Positions 6,937 to 15,791 are shown, counted from the stretch's first letter. The stretch: DNA of 18,708 nt from Pseudomonadota bacterium (GCA_031416315.1 JANOTL010000209.1:1-18708), one strand, 5' to 3'. Translations and numbers: made by a program. The notes: a model not told the origin generated them from the sequence alone.

Positions 6937-9900
6937 GCACGACGAGCCCTCGCGACCCGTACCGCAGCTTTGTCGTCGCCGCTTCGGCCGGCAGCGGCAA
7001 GACCTATCAGTTGAGCCGGCGGTTTCTCTTCCTCGTCGCTGCTGGCGCGGAGCCCGGCGAGATTTTGACCGTGACGTTCACGCGCAAGGCGGCCGGCGAG
7101 ATGCGTCAGCGCATTCTGGAGGAGGCCGGTCGCCTGGCCCTCGGTGGAGCCGCCGAGGAGCGTTTCGCCGCCGAGCTCGAGTCCTATCGGCGTCTCGCCC
7201 CACAAGGCACGCCGACGCCGCGCCGTCCGCGGGACGCGGCCCGCCTTATTCTCGGAGCGTCACAGGCCCTGGCGATCACGACGATCGACGGCATCTTTCT
7301 CGAATGGGTCGCAAAGTTCGCCTACGAAGCGGGCCTAGAGCCTGGCGCGGCGCAGCCTTTGATCCCGGCGCCCTTCGAGCTTCTCGACGAGTCCGACGGT
7401 GAAGAGCTCGAGCGCCAGGCTTGGCGCGCGACCTGCACCTTTCTCTCGGCCGGGCACCGGTCGGGCGACGACGCCGTCCGCCAACTCTTGGGCGCCTTAC
7501 CGGGTCAGAGCCTACGCGCCGCGCGTTCCGCTCTGCGAAGCCTCGATACGATGCAGACCGCCATCTGGCACGCCGAGCGCACGCTAGAAAGCGCGACGGC
7601 TTTCGCGCTTCACGAGGAGAGGCCCCAGCTCCCTCCGGCCGAGGTCATCGCGCACCTGTCGGACGACCTGAAGGCCATCGCCGCCCAGATCGCCAACGAC
7701 GAAAAGCGCGAGCGAGTCTATGCCGCGGTCGCGGCGCAGGACCTCGACGCGCTTCTCGCTTCGGAACTCATCACGGCGGACATCGGGATAAGCGGCAACC
7801 TTTTGCGCGGGAAAAAGCGCGACCTCGTCGGCGGCGCGATCGCCAAGGTCGAGGAAACCCTGCAGGACCACGTCGATGCCGAGCGGCTCGCGCGGCTCAA
7901 CGTTTCCGGAGCCGCCCTTTACTCGCTTTACCGGGCGCACCGTGCCGCCCGCGATGCCATGAAGCTCGAGCACGGGCGGATCGGCTTTCCCGACCTTGTC
8001 ACGGGCGCGTACCGTCTCTTCCACAACGACGCCGGCGTCGGCGTGCGCTTTCTCTTGGCTCGCACGGTTCGGCACCTCCTTCTCGACGAGTTCCAGGATA
8101 CGAGCCGCCTCCAGTGGTCGGTCTTCGCCGCCCTGGCCAATGAGCTGACGGCGGGCGACGGCAGCGTCTTCCTCGTCGGCGACGCGAAGCAATCGATCTA
8201 CGGCTTTCGTGAGGCCGACCCCGCCGTGATCGCCACCGCCGCGACGACCCTCGCAGGGCGAGTCGAGCATGCGAGCCTGACGTCGAGCTACCGCACCGCA
8301 CAGGTCGTCCTCGACATCGTCAACGCCGTGTTCACGCCCGGGCTTCTCCCCGATTTTCCCGCTCACGCCACGGCGCTCGGCGAAGGCGAGGCACCGGTCG
8401 TCCCCGACGCCGGACGCGTCCTCGTCGCGCCCTTGATCGAGGCCTCCGAAGTCGTTCCCGATCCGGCGGCAACCGAGGCGGAGCTCATCGCGGCAACCTT
8501 GGAGCGCATCCTTTCTGGCGCGCTTGCTTCCCCCGTCTTCGACAAGGAGCTCGGCCGCTTTCGGCCGATCGGCCCGGGCGACTGCGCCATCCTCTACCGC
8601 TCGGGCACGAACGCGGAGCTTTTCGAGGCGGCGCTGCGGGCTCGCGGCATCCCTTGTCACAAGGAAGAGCAGCACGGCTTTTACGCGCGACCCGAGGTTG
8701 CCGACGCGTTGGCGCTCCTGCGCTTCCTCTGCATACCGTGCGATCTGACCGCGCTCCTGACCGTGCTGAGGAGCCCGCTCGGCCGCCTTTCAGACCGCAC
8801 CATGCTGGAGCTTCTCTCGGATACGGCCGGCGAGAAGACTGCCGTCCGACCTCGCTTGCTTCTCGACTTGCTCGCGGATCGTGATCCTCGCTTTGCGCCG
8901 GCGGCCTTTGCGATCGAGCGTGCTCTCGACGCCCTCGGGACACGCTCGACGGCGGCGGTGCTGCGCGACGCGCTCGCGGAGCTCGCCGCGGCGGAAGCGT
9001 ACGCCCACCCCCTCGTGCACACCGCGGCCGAAGGCGACCTCGCCCGGCGCAACCTCGCGCGACTCGTCGAGATTGCGTTTCAATTGGAAGATCGCAAAGC
9101 GCTCAGCCCGTCGGCCTTGCTCGCGCGCTTGGACGAGGCCGCGAAACGCGATGAGACCGGCAACGCGCCGGTCGCGGCCGGCAGCGTCAGCTTGATGACG
9201 ATCCACAAATCCAAGGGACTCGAGTTCCCGTTCGTCGCCGTCGTCGACGCGGCGCGGCCTTGGGCACAACGTGACCTCCATTGGATCGCCGGACCGGGCG
9301 GCGGCGTCCACTACGTCGGCACAAAGGCCGACCAGCCGCTGCGCGATCCGGAGTTCGCGGCCCTGCTCGCTGGGGGCGAGGTCGAGGCACGGCAGGAGTG
9401 CGCCCGCCTTCTCTACGTGGCGATGACGCGCGCTCGGCAGTACCTCATGGTCACCGGTCACCTCGCCGCGCAGACGCGCGGCCTGAAGGGCACCTCCTTT
9501 TATCCCGAGCTTTGGACCGTCGCGACGAGCTATCCGACCGAGCAGACGATCGAGATCGAAGGATTGCTTGTGCGCGCGATCAGCTCGACTTTGGACCCGA
9601 GCGCGCACATCGCGCCCCTCGACTTCGTACATGCCGCGGCCGTCTTGCCCAAGGCGGCCGAAGTCTATGCGCCGCTCGTCACTGCCGCGCGCGTGCCGCC
9701 ACCTTCGTCCCTTCCAGCGGAGCTGAAGCTCGTGACGCCTTCGGCCGACCACGGAGAAGATCGCGACCTTCACGACGAAGAAGTCCGCCTCAAGGACGAC
9801 GCCTTGCCGGACGGTGTCGCCAGTCTCTTTGGCACCCTCGTGCACTTGGGATTGCAAGCTTGGCTCGAGGACAAGCCCTTCGTCGCGCTTGCGGCCTACC

Positions 9901-10304
9901 GGGCGCTGACGCAGGATGCGGTCGCCGAGGCTCCTGCGTGGCTCGGTGAAGTGCAATGCCACATCGAGACGACCCGAAGCGATGCCGCGTGGACGAGGCT
10001 GACGGCACGAGCGCGGCGGATTCGTTGCGAGCTCCCCCTGGTGCACCATGCGCACGACGGTCTCGTCGTCGGCGCCTTGGACGCGCTGGTGGAGACGGAG
10101 GACGGGCGCGCGGTCATCGTCGACTTCAAGAGCTCGATCTTTGCCGGTAGGCCCGGGGCCGAGGCCCTCCAGCGTTTCGCTCGGCGCCGGGGCTACGACG
10201 CGCAGCTCGCCCGCTACGGAGACGCCGTGGCGGCCTTGTTGCCCGAGGCTCGGGTCGAGACCTTGCTCTATTTCACGGGCCCGGGCGCCTTCGTCGCGAC
10301 CTGA
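6933..10304 (+). CDS. addA: AddA-like UvrD/SF1A helicase + RecB-family nuclease
   Basis: Start revised to ATG 6933 (ATGA overlap with the addB stop, GAGG SD). Helicase motifs ASAGSGKT, TFTRKAAGEM, LLDEFQDTS, VGDAKQSIYGFR, MTIHKSKGLEF, LLYVAMTRAR; nuclease GALDAL...IVDFKS...QLARY. Confidence 0.92.
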   Translation: MSTTSPRDPYRSFVVAASAGSGKTYQLSRRFLFLVAAGAEPGEILTVTFTRKAAGEMRQRILEEAGRLALGGAAEERFAAELESYRRLAPQGTPTPRRPRDAARLILGASQALAITTIDGIFLEWVAKFAYEAGLEPGAAQPLIPAPFELLDESDGEELERQAWRATCTFLSAGHRSGDDAVRQLLGALPGQSLRAARSALRSLDTMQTAIWHAERTLESATAFALHEERPQLPPAEVIAHLSDDLKAIAAQIANDEKRERVYAAVAAQDLDALLASELITADIGISGNLLRGKKRDLVGGAIAKVEETLQDHVDAERLARLNVSGAALYSLYRAHRAARDAMKLEHGRIGFPDLVTGAYRLFHNDAGVGVRFLLARTVRHLLLDEFQDTSRLQWSVFAALANELTAGDGSVFLVGDAKQSIYGFREADPAVIATAATTLAGRVEHASLTSSYRTAQVVLDIVNAVFTPGLLPDFPAHATALGEGEAPVVPDAGRVLVAPLIEASEVVPDPAATEAELIAATLERILSGALASPVFDKELGRFRPIGPGDCAILYRSGTNAELFEAALRARGIPCHKEEQHGFYARPEVADALALLRFLCIPCDLTALLTVLRSPLGRLSDRTMLELLSDTAGEKTAVRPRLLLDLLADRDPRFAPAAFAIERALDALGTRSTAAVLRDALAELAAAEAYAHPLVHTAAEGDLARRNLARLVEIAFQLEDRKALSPSALLARLDEAAKRDETGNAPVAAGSVSLMTIHKSKGLEFPFVAVVDAARPWAQRDLHWIAGPGGGVHYVGTKADQPLRDPEFAALLAGGEVEARQECARLLYVAMTRARQYLMVTGHLAAQTRGLKGTSFYPELWTVATSYPTEQTIEIEGLLVRAISSTLDPSAHIAPLDFVHAAAVLPKAAEVYAPLVTAARVPPPSSLPAELKLVTPSADHGEDRDLHDEEVRLKDDALPDGVASLFGTLVHLGLQAWLEDKPFVALAAYRALTQDAVAEAPAWLGEVQCHIETTRSDAAWTRLTARARRIRCELPLVHHAHDGLVVGALDALVETEDGRAVIVDFKSSIFAGRPGAEALQRFARRRGYDAQLARYGDAVAALLPEARVETLLYFTGPGAFVAT

Positions 10305-10317
10305 CGCGGAGGCCACC

Positions 10318-10351
10318 AAATAAAAATGGACGGCCGTAAAGGCCGTCCATT
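10318..10351 (-). terminator. Rho-independent terminator for the beta-barrel gene (possibly bidirectional with addA)
   Basis: Perfect 11-bp inverted repeat AATGGACGGCC-GTAAA-GGCCGTCCATT (10325-10351). On the minus strand it is followed by a T-rich tract (complement of AAATAAAAA). It lies between convergent genes. Confidence 0.85.
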
Positions 10352-10399
10352 CTGCGTTGCGGTTCCGGGAGGACTCGCGCGGCGGGTTCGAGCAGTTCT

Positions 10400-11389
10400 T
10401 TAGAAGAGGGTCGCCGAGAGGACGAGGCGGTTTTCCCAGCGGGAGGCGTTGTCCACGCCGGATTCCCAGGCGCCGTTGACCGACTGACGGACCGAGTTGG
10501 CAATCACGACCTTGTCGGTCAGCTTGTAGGAGATCGTCGCGCGGTTCACGACGGACTTCGACAGCGCGTAACCGTTTTGGGAGATGTTGCCGGACTCGCT
10601 GACTTCGTACTTGGGGGCGTGGGTCGAGTAGCCTTCGAAGCCGGCCGAGAGCTTGAGGCCCGGGACGATCGAGGGCTTGATGTAAGGAAGGAGCACGGTG
10701 ATCGTGCTGATGTCCGGGTCGCGCTGCTTCACTTCGTCGCCGGCGTCGCCGACGAGGCCGAGCGAGCGGCCGTCGAAGCCGTCGCGCTGGGCGACTTTGG
10801 AGTTCGGCTGGTCCGTGCCGCTGTGGTAGGTCGGGCCAACGTATTCTTCGAAGAGGGCGCCGACTTCGCCGAGGCCGGTCGAGAACTTGAGGATGTCCTT
10901 GCCGTCGGTGGAGAAGTACGCCATCAGGCTGGTCGAGGTGAACTTGTCGAGACCGCCGGCCGCGTACTCGGAGTAAACGTAGGCTTTCAGGTCGCCGAAC
11001 TTGCTCTCGACGGCCGTCAGGTAGACGTCCGAGAAGATCAAGGACTTCTTGATGGCGGTCGAGTCGTTGGTTTTGGCGAAGATGTAGGTCGCCGAGGCGT
11101 CGAGCTTGCCGTCGAAGAAGGTCGCGCCGAGGCTCGGGCGAGCTTGGATCTGGACGTTGTCTTCGACGACTTTGTCGTCCGTCATGACCCGGTTCGTCTT
11201 GTGACGAAGCTCAACGCTGCCGTACGCAGTCGGGATGAGCTCTTGGATCATCGCCTTCTTCTCAGCCGACGCGGCCGGAGCCGCCGTAGCCGGTGCCGCG
11301 GCAGCCGGAGCCGCAGCGTCTTGAGCCGAAGCGATGCCTGCGAAGCTCACACCTGCGATCATCGCGACGATGGCCTTAGAGAATTTCAT
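10400..11389 (-). CDS. Hypothetical exported protein, probable outer-membrane beta-barrel
   Basis: Sec signal peptide (MKFSKAIVAMIAGVSFAGIASA-Q) and an Ala/Pro linker. Many alternating hydrophobic/polar strand-like segments (YGSVELRH, LDASATYIF, LKLSAGFEGY, ATISYKL). C-terminal RLVLSATLF ends in Phe, like a BAM beta-signal. SD GGGAGG. Confidence 0.7.
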   Translation of the reverse strand: MKFSKAIVAMIAGVSFAGIASAQDAAAPAAAAPATAAPAASAEKKAMIQELIPTAYGSVELRHKTNRVMTDDKVVEDNVQIQARPSLGATFFDGKLDASATYIFAKTNDSTAIKKSLIFSDVYLTAVESKFGDLKAYVYSEYAAGGLDKFTSTSLMAYFSTDGKDILKFSTGLGEVGALFEEYVGPTYHSGTDQPNSKVAQRDGFDGRSLGLVGDAGDEVKQRDPDISTITVLLPYIKPSIVPGLKLSAGFEGYSTHAPKYEVSESGNISQNGYALSKSVVNRATISYKLTDKVVIANSVRQSVNGAWESGVDNASRWENRLVLSATLF

Positions 11390-11436
11390 GAGTCCCTCCC
11401 TACCTACTGTTTTGTGGTGCCTGTGATTCGATGCCT

Positions 11437-11466
11437 GTCGTCCCCATACCCGCCTATGGGGACAAC
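11437..11466 (-). promoter_or_regulatory. 5'-terminal stem-loop of the beta-barrel mRNA
   Basis: Minus strand GTTGTCCCCATA-GGCGGG-TATGGGGACGAC forms a 12-bp stem with one G-U pair. It begins about 5 nt downstream of the predicted -10. Confidence 0.6.
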
Positions 11467-11470
11467 GCGG

Positions 11471-11499
11471 TTTCTATAGAAAAGCCAAAACGGCGTCAA
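11471..11499 (-). promoter_or_regulatory. Putative sigma-70 promoter for the beta-barrel gene
   Basis: TTGACG (11499-11494), 17 nt, TAGAAA (11476-11471), with an AT-rich UP-like tract just upstream. Confidence 0.55.
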
Positions 11500-11635
11500 C
11501 AAGTTTAAAAATGACTAAGACTTAGCGTGGAATGTCCAAGACTTAGACGGGTGTACAAAGTCAAGTCGACGCGGTACTTCCATGCCAATTCAAAAATCAT
11601 TCTATGATTGTATGAAAAGCGCAGACGTAACAAGC

Positions 11636-12733
11636 CTATACGCTCGCCATCAGCTCGTCGCCGACGCCGCGGTCGAGGCCGCGATCCATCTCGAATTTGG
11701 GGTCCCAGAGGAAGCGCGAATCGGCGCAATCCTGTTGGATCGGCAGACGTTCTTCGACGCCGGCAAGCGCCATGTCCGCGGCGAAAGCAGAGATGAGAGA
11801 CTCGGCCTCGTCCAGGGAGTTGATGGTCGAAAGCTTCTCGCGGAGGGCACGCGCGCCTGGCCACCCTTTGACGTACCAAAGGAGGTGTTTTCTCATACAG
11901 ACGGCCGAGCCGATGCGGTCCTCGTACTCCTCGCGCTGCCAGCCGAGGTGGTCGAGCACCGTTTGCAGCCATTCGCTGCGCGAGACGCGCGCGTCGCCCG
12001 TGCGGATCTCACGGAAGACCCACGGATTGCCGAGCGCGCCGCGACTGACCATGACGCCGTCGACGCTCGCCACGCGGTACATGTACTCCGCGTCGGCGCG
12101 TGAAAAGACGTTGCCGTTGCCGAAGACAGGAACCGTGACAGCGCGCTTGATCTCGGCAATGCGCTCGAGGTCGACGGGGACAGAGTAGTCGTCGCTGCGC
12201 AGGCGTCCGTGCACCGTGATCCATGCGGCGCCGGCCTCAGCGGCGGCTTGCGCGCACTCGAGGCCGGTGCGCGTTTGTTTGTCCCAGCCGAGCCGAATCT
12301 TGACGGAGAGCGGCTTTCCTGTGGCCGAGCGCGCGAGCCGCACCGTCTCGGCGACGCGGCTCGGCTCCTTCATGATGGCGCTGCCGCAGCCGGCCTTCAC
12401 GACCTTGCTGACGGGGCAGCCCATGTTGATGTCGATCGTCTCGTACGGCATCTTGTCGAGGAGCTCGACCGCACGCGCGACCTCGTCCGACGACTTGCCC
12501 GTGAGCTGGACGCCGAGCACGGTCTCGACGGGATGGCGCTTGGCCATTTCGTAGGTGCGCCGGTTCTGGAAGAGGAGCGCCGTCGCCGACAGCATCTCCA
12601 CGTAGGTGAGGTCCGCCCCGTGGCGCGTGCAGATGCGACGGAAAGGGTGGTCGGAGACGCCCGCTAACGGGGCGAGTAGGACCGGGCGCTCGGGAAGGCC
12701 GAGCGCTTGGAATGCGGAAGGGATCGTGGGCAT
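11636..12733 (-). CDS. dusB: tRNA-dihydrouridine synthase (DusB-like)
   Basis: LAPLAGVSD, IDINMGCP (catalytic Cys), VKIRLG, VHGR, GVMVSRGALGNPW, RKHLLWY. Confidence 0.9.
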   Translation of the reverse strand: MPTIPSAFQALGLPERPVLLAPLAGVSDHPFRRICTRHGADLTYVEMLSATALLFQNRRTYEMAKRHPVETVLGVQLTGKSSDEVARAVELLDKMPYETIDINMGCPVSKVVKAGCGSAIMKEPSRVAETVRLARSATGKPLSVKIRLGWDKQTRTGLECAQAAAEAGAAWITVHGRLRSDDYSVPVDLERIAEIKRAVTVPVFGNGNVFSRADAEYMYRVASVDGVMVSRGALGNPWVFREIRTGDARVSRSEWLQTVLDHLGWQREEYEDRIGSAVCMRKHLLWYVKGWPGARALREKLSTINSLDEAESLISAFAADMALAGVEERLPIQQDCADSRFLWDPKFEMDRGLDRGVGDELMASV

Positions 12734-12743
12734 TGGTTTTTAT

Positions 12744-13886
12744 TCAGAAGTTGAGCTCGAACGGCGGCAGCCATAGGGTCGGATCCGGGATCCGCAGGCG
12801 CGCCTCTTCGTCTTTGGCTTTCTGCTTATAGTTGTAGGCGCTGACGAACGCCACCACATCCCACCACGTGTGGATGAAGATCGCCTCGCCCAGGCGGTAG
12901 CCGTTCTTTTGCGTGACCCAACCCAAGTGATATCCCAAGAGAAGTTGGATGATCGGGAAGGGATTCGTATTCAAGTGGGCGGCCGCGAAGACGGTCGACT
13001 GCGTCGCATTCGACCAGAATGGGCTCCCCCACTGCTCCATCAGCCAGGGCTGGAGCCAGCCCCGAAAGACTGCCTCTTCATGCGTGCCGGCATTGTAAGA
13101 GAAGGCTCCGGCGAAGAAGTAATCGGCCGGGCGCACGGCGTCGCGCTCGATGTCGCTGTCGGCCGGGATCTCCTGCTTCAGAGAGAGGTAGGAGAGCGCA
13201 CCGATGACCGCGAGCGGGATGAAGGTCGACGGACGGATCACGTAGTCGAAACGCGCGGGCGCGAGCATCAAGTCCCAGGGCGTCTCCTCGTAGTTGAGGA
13301 ACCCATACTCGCCGAGGTTCGTCTTGCGCGTGCGCACCGCGGTGCGGAACGCATGGTAGGTGCTCATGCCGCCGGCCCACTGCGCGAGCTGGCCGCCGAG
13401 CATGACCTTTCGCACAGCGATGTTCTTCGAGTCGAGGTCTGCCTTTTTCTCTTCTTTGGGCGCGTCCTCGGCCGGGTCGTCGCCCTCGGGCCTTTCTTCG
13501 GCGGCCGTGACGAGACCGTTCTTCGCGGCGATGTAGCTGGCGAACGCGAAGCCGCCGACAGCCGTGCCGGTATAGCCGATGGCGCCGTACCATTGGCCTT
13601 CCCACCACTGGTCTAAGCCGGGGACGAAGAAGCAGGACAAGGGGATCCAGAAGGCTGAACGTGGCTTCTCGAAGCGGCGCTTGACGCCGAAGTACCCGTC
13701 GTTTTCGGCCCAGGCTTTGGGGATCAAGCGCGATTCACCGGCCTCGGCGTCGTCGCCCGTCGTCGAGTTCGGGTCCCTGGGCCCGCCGCTCTTGACCTTG
13801 ATGTCCTTCGCGTCGGCGCCGAAGACGGGTGACGCGATCAGTGCGCCCACCAGCGCGAGCGTCTTACCAAGCTTCAGAGTTCCCAC
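12744..13886 (-). CDS. CPBP/Abi-family (CAAX protease-like) intramembrane glutamic endopeptidase with extended N-terminus
   Basis: HEEAVFRG (EExxxR), FAAAH and HTWWD motifs in the C-terminal part; several hydrophobic segments and an N-terminal signal-like peptide. The start is likely GTG 13886 (GAGG upstream); 13901 is the alternative. Confidence 0.82.
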   Translation of the reverse strand: MGTLKLGKTLALVGALIASPVFGADAKDIKVKSGGPRDPNSTTGDDAEAGESRLIPKAWAENDGYFGVKRRFEKPRSAFWIPLSCFFVPGLDQWWEGQWYGAIGYTGTAVGGFAFASYIAAKNGLVTAAEERPEGDDPAEDAPKEEKKADLDSKNIAVRKVMLGGQLAQWAGGMSTYHAFRTAVRTRKTNLGEYGFLNYEETPWDLMLAPARFDYVIRPSTFIPLAVIGALSYLSLKQEIPADSDIERDAVRPADYFFAGAFSYNAGTHEEAVFRGWLQPWLMEQWGSPFWSNATQSTVFAAAHLNTNPFPIIQLLLGYHLGWVTQKNGYRLGEAIFIHTWWDVVAFVSAYNYKQKAKDEEARLRIPDPTLWLPPFELNF

Positions 13887-13978
13887 TCCGCACCTCTTCA
13901 CGCAACGGCAACATCGCGATTGTTTTCGCCCAGATTACCAAAATATGATAGCGGAGGACACTCGCGCGGAGACACCAA

Positions 13979-15244
13979 ATGCTGGACATCAAGTACATTC
14001 GTGAGGCGACCGACGAGCTGCGCCGAGGCGCCGAGGCGAAGCGGATCAAATTTGATCTCGACGGTCTCCTCGCCCTCGACCGCGAGATCCGTCCGCTGCA
14101 GGCCGAGTGGGAAGCGCTGCAGACCGACCGCAACGCGCTCTCGAAGCAGATCGGCACGACCCCGCCCGACGCGCGCGAGGCCTTGAAGGCCAAGGTCCAC
14201 GGAATCAAAGAGCGGATGGACCTCGTCACCGAGGACCTGCGCGTCAAGAAGGAGCGCTTCGACCAGGCGATGCTCCTCGTGCCGCAGCCGGCGCGCGGCG
14301 ACGTGCCGGTCGGACGCGACGACGGCGACAACGTCGAGATCCGCAAGGTCGGCGCGCTGCCGAGCTTCGACTTCAAGCCCCTCGATCACTCCGAACTCGG
14401 AAAGCGCCTCGGCATCATCGACTACGAGAGAGGCGTTAAGATCGCCGGCAGCCGCTCCTACGTCTTGAAGGGCGACGGAGCGCGGCTCGAGCAGGCCGTG
14501 ATGCGTTTCGTCTACGATTTCCTCGTCGACAAGGGCTACACCCCGATGTCGATTCCGGTGCTCGTGACCGAAGCGTGCATGACGGGAACCGGCTACTTTC
14601 CAACCGGCCGCGAGCAAGCGTACTACGTCGAGGAAGACAAGCTCGCCCTCGTCGGCACGTCAGAGGTCTCCCTCACGAGCTTCCACCAAGGTGAGATGCT
14701 GAAAGAGACGGAGCTGCCGCTGCGCTACATGGCGTGGAGCTCATGCTTTCGGCGTGAGGCAGGAACGTACGGGAAAGACACGCACGGGCTCTACCGTGTG
14801 CATCAATTCCAAAAGATCGAGCAGGTGATCGTCGGACCGAATGACGTCGCCGCGTCCGAAAAGTTCCATGCCGAGCTCCTCGACAACGCCGAGCTCGTGT
14901 TGCAGGCGCTAGGACTCCCGTACCGCGTGGTTTACGTGTGCACGGGGGACCTGGGCCAGGGCCAGGTGCGAAAGCACGACATCGAGACCTGGATGCCTTC
15001 GCGGAACGCCTACAGCGAGACGCACAGCTGCTCGACCTTCCACGAGTTTCAGGCCCGGCGGCTGGACCTCCGCTACAAGACGGCGAGCGGCGACAAGCGT
15101 TTCTGCCACACGCTGAACAACACGGCGATCGCGAGCCCGCGGGTGCTCATCCCCTTGATCGAGTGCTACCAGGAGAAGGACGGTCGAGTGCGGGTCCCGG
15201 ACGTGCTCAGGCCCTACATGGGCGGGAAGACGCACCTCTCATAA
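13979..15244 (+). CDS. serS: Seryl-tRNA synthetase
   Basis: MLDIKYIR start, N-terminal coiled coil, GTSEV, motif 2 CFRREAG..GKDTHGLYRVHQFQKIEQ, DIETWMP, motif 3 HTLNNTAIASPR, VPDVLRPYM. Confidence 0.97.
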   Translation: MLDIKYIREATDELRRGAEAKRIKFDLDGLLALDREIRPLQAEWEALQTDRNALSKQIGTTPPDAREALKAKVHGIKERMDLVTEDLRVKKERFDQAMLLVPQPARGDVPVGRDDGDNVEIRKVGALPSFDFKPLDHSELGKRLGIIDYERGVKIAGSRSYVLKGDGARLEQAVMRFVYDFLVDKGYTPMSIPVLVTEACMTGTGYFPTGREQAYYVEEDKLALVGTSEVSLTSFHQGEMLKETELPLRYMAWSSCFRREAGTYGKDTHGLYRVHQFQKIEQVIVGPNDVAASEKFHAELLDNAELVLQALGLPYRVVYVCTGDLGQGQVRKHDIETWMPSRNAYSETHSCSTFHEFQARRLDLRYKTASGDKRFCHTLNNTAIASPRVLIPLIECYQEKDGRVRVPDVLRPYMGGKTHLS

Positions 15245-15293
15245 TATTCTTAGGCGATTCTTGCTAAGCTCACGCTTCGGCTGGAGGACCGCC

Positions 15294-15791
15294 ATGAAGA
15301 TCGCGACCCTGCTCGTTTCGTCGGCATTGTACTCGGGCCTTTTGGCCTGTGGCGGCAGCGTCCACGATGCGAGCGCGGCGAAGGCTGCGGTTTCGGCGAG
15401 GCGCGTCTGGCTGCCGGCCATGACTTTGCTTCAGGCCGAGCACTCCGGCACGGACACACGGTGTCAGATGGCGCTGACGGCAGAGCTTACGGTCGAGGGT
15501 TCGGAGCTGCGCGGGATCGTGCTCAGTGACTATCTGAGCGGCGAATGCGACGCGCAGGTCGGCCCGAACAAGCGATACTACGCGCTCGAGGCTGCAGGGG
15601 ACGACACCTGCGGCCACAAAGTCTACCGTGGCTGGCTCGGCTCGGCGCAGGGAACCAGCCGATTGGAGCTGAAGGACCGCACGAGCACGACGTGCGCCAG
15701 CGAAACAGCGGGCACCTTCGAGCTCCTCGAGCACACCTCGGCACAGGCCGGCGCCCCAGCCCTTCCACGGCGTTTCTTCGGCGGCTGGTAA
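15294..15791 (+). CDS. Hypothetical lipoprotein with four additional cysteines
   Basis: ATG 15294 with GGAGG SD. MKIATLLVSSALYSGLLAC lipobox; beta-rich body with Cys in RCQ, GECD, TCG and TTC. Possible extended -10 TGcTAAGCT at 15262-15270. Confidence 0.7.
   Translation: MKIATLLVSSALYSGLLACGGSVHDASAAKAAVSARRVWLPAMTLLQAEHSGTDTRCQMALTAELTVEGSELRGIVLSDYLSGECDAQVGPNKRYYALEAAGDDTCGHKVYRGWLGSAQGTSRLELKDRTSTTCASETAGTFELLEHTSAQAGAPALPRRFFGGW

Noticed and set aside
3871..10304. Helicase + PD-(D/E)XK/Cas4-like nuclease pair as a novel defence or CRISPR-associated system
   Set aside because: Domain order, sizes, the split four-Cys Fe-S motif and the housekeeping context fit AddAB. No array, cas1/cas2 or mobile-element context is present.
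8790..10319. 509-aa antisense ORF inside addA (and similar ones at 7584..8675, 10577..11479, 13898..14617, 15799..16848)
   Set aside because: Shadow ORFs expected opposite real genes in GC-rich DNA; no recognisable motifs.
10400..11389. Assignment to a named porin, OmpA, or the Bdellovibrio major outer-membrane protein
   Set aside because: I could not recognise family-specific motifs and there is no OmpA C-terminal peptidoglycan-binding domain, so it is left unnamed.
11390..11635. tRNA, riboswitch or CRISPR array in the long AT-rich intergenic region
   Set aside because: No cloverleaf, no recognisable aptamer consensus, and only two 9-bp repeats; better explained as promoter/operator DNA.
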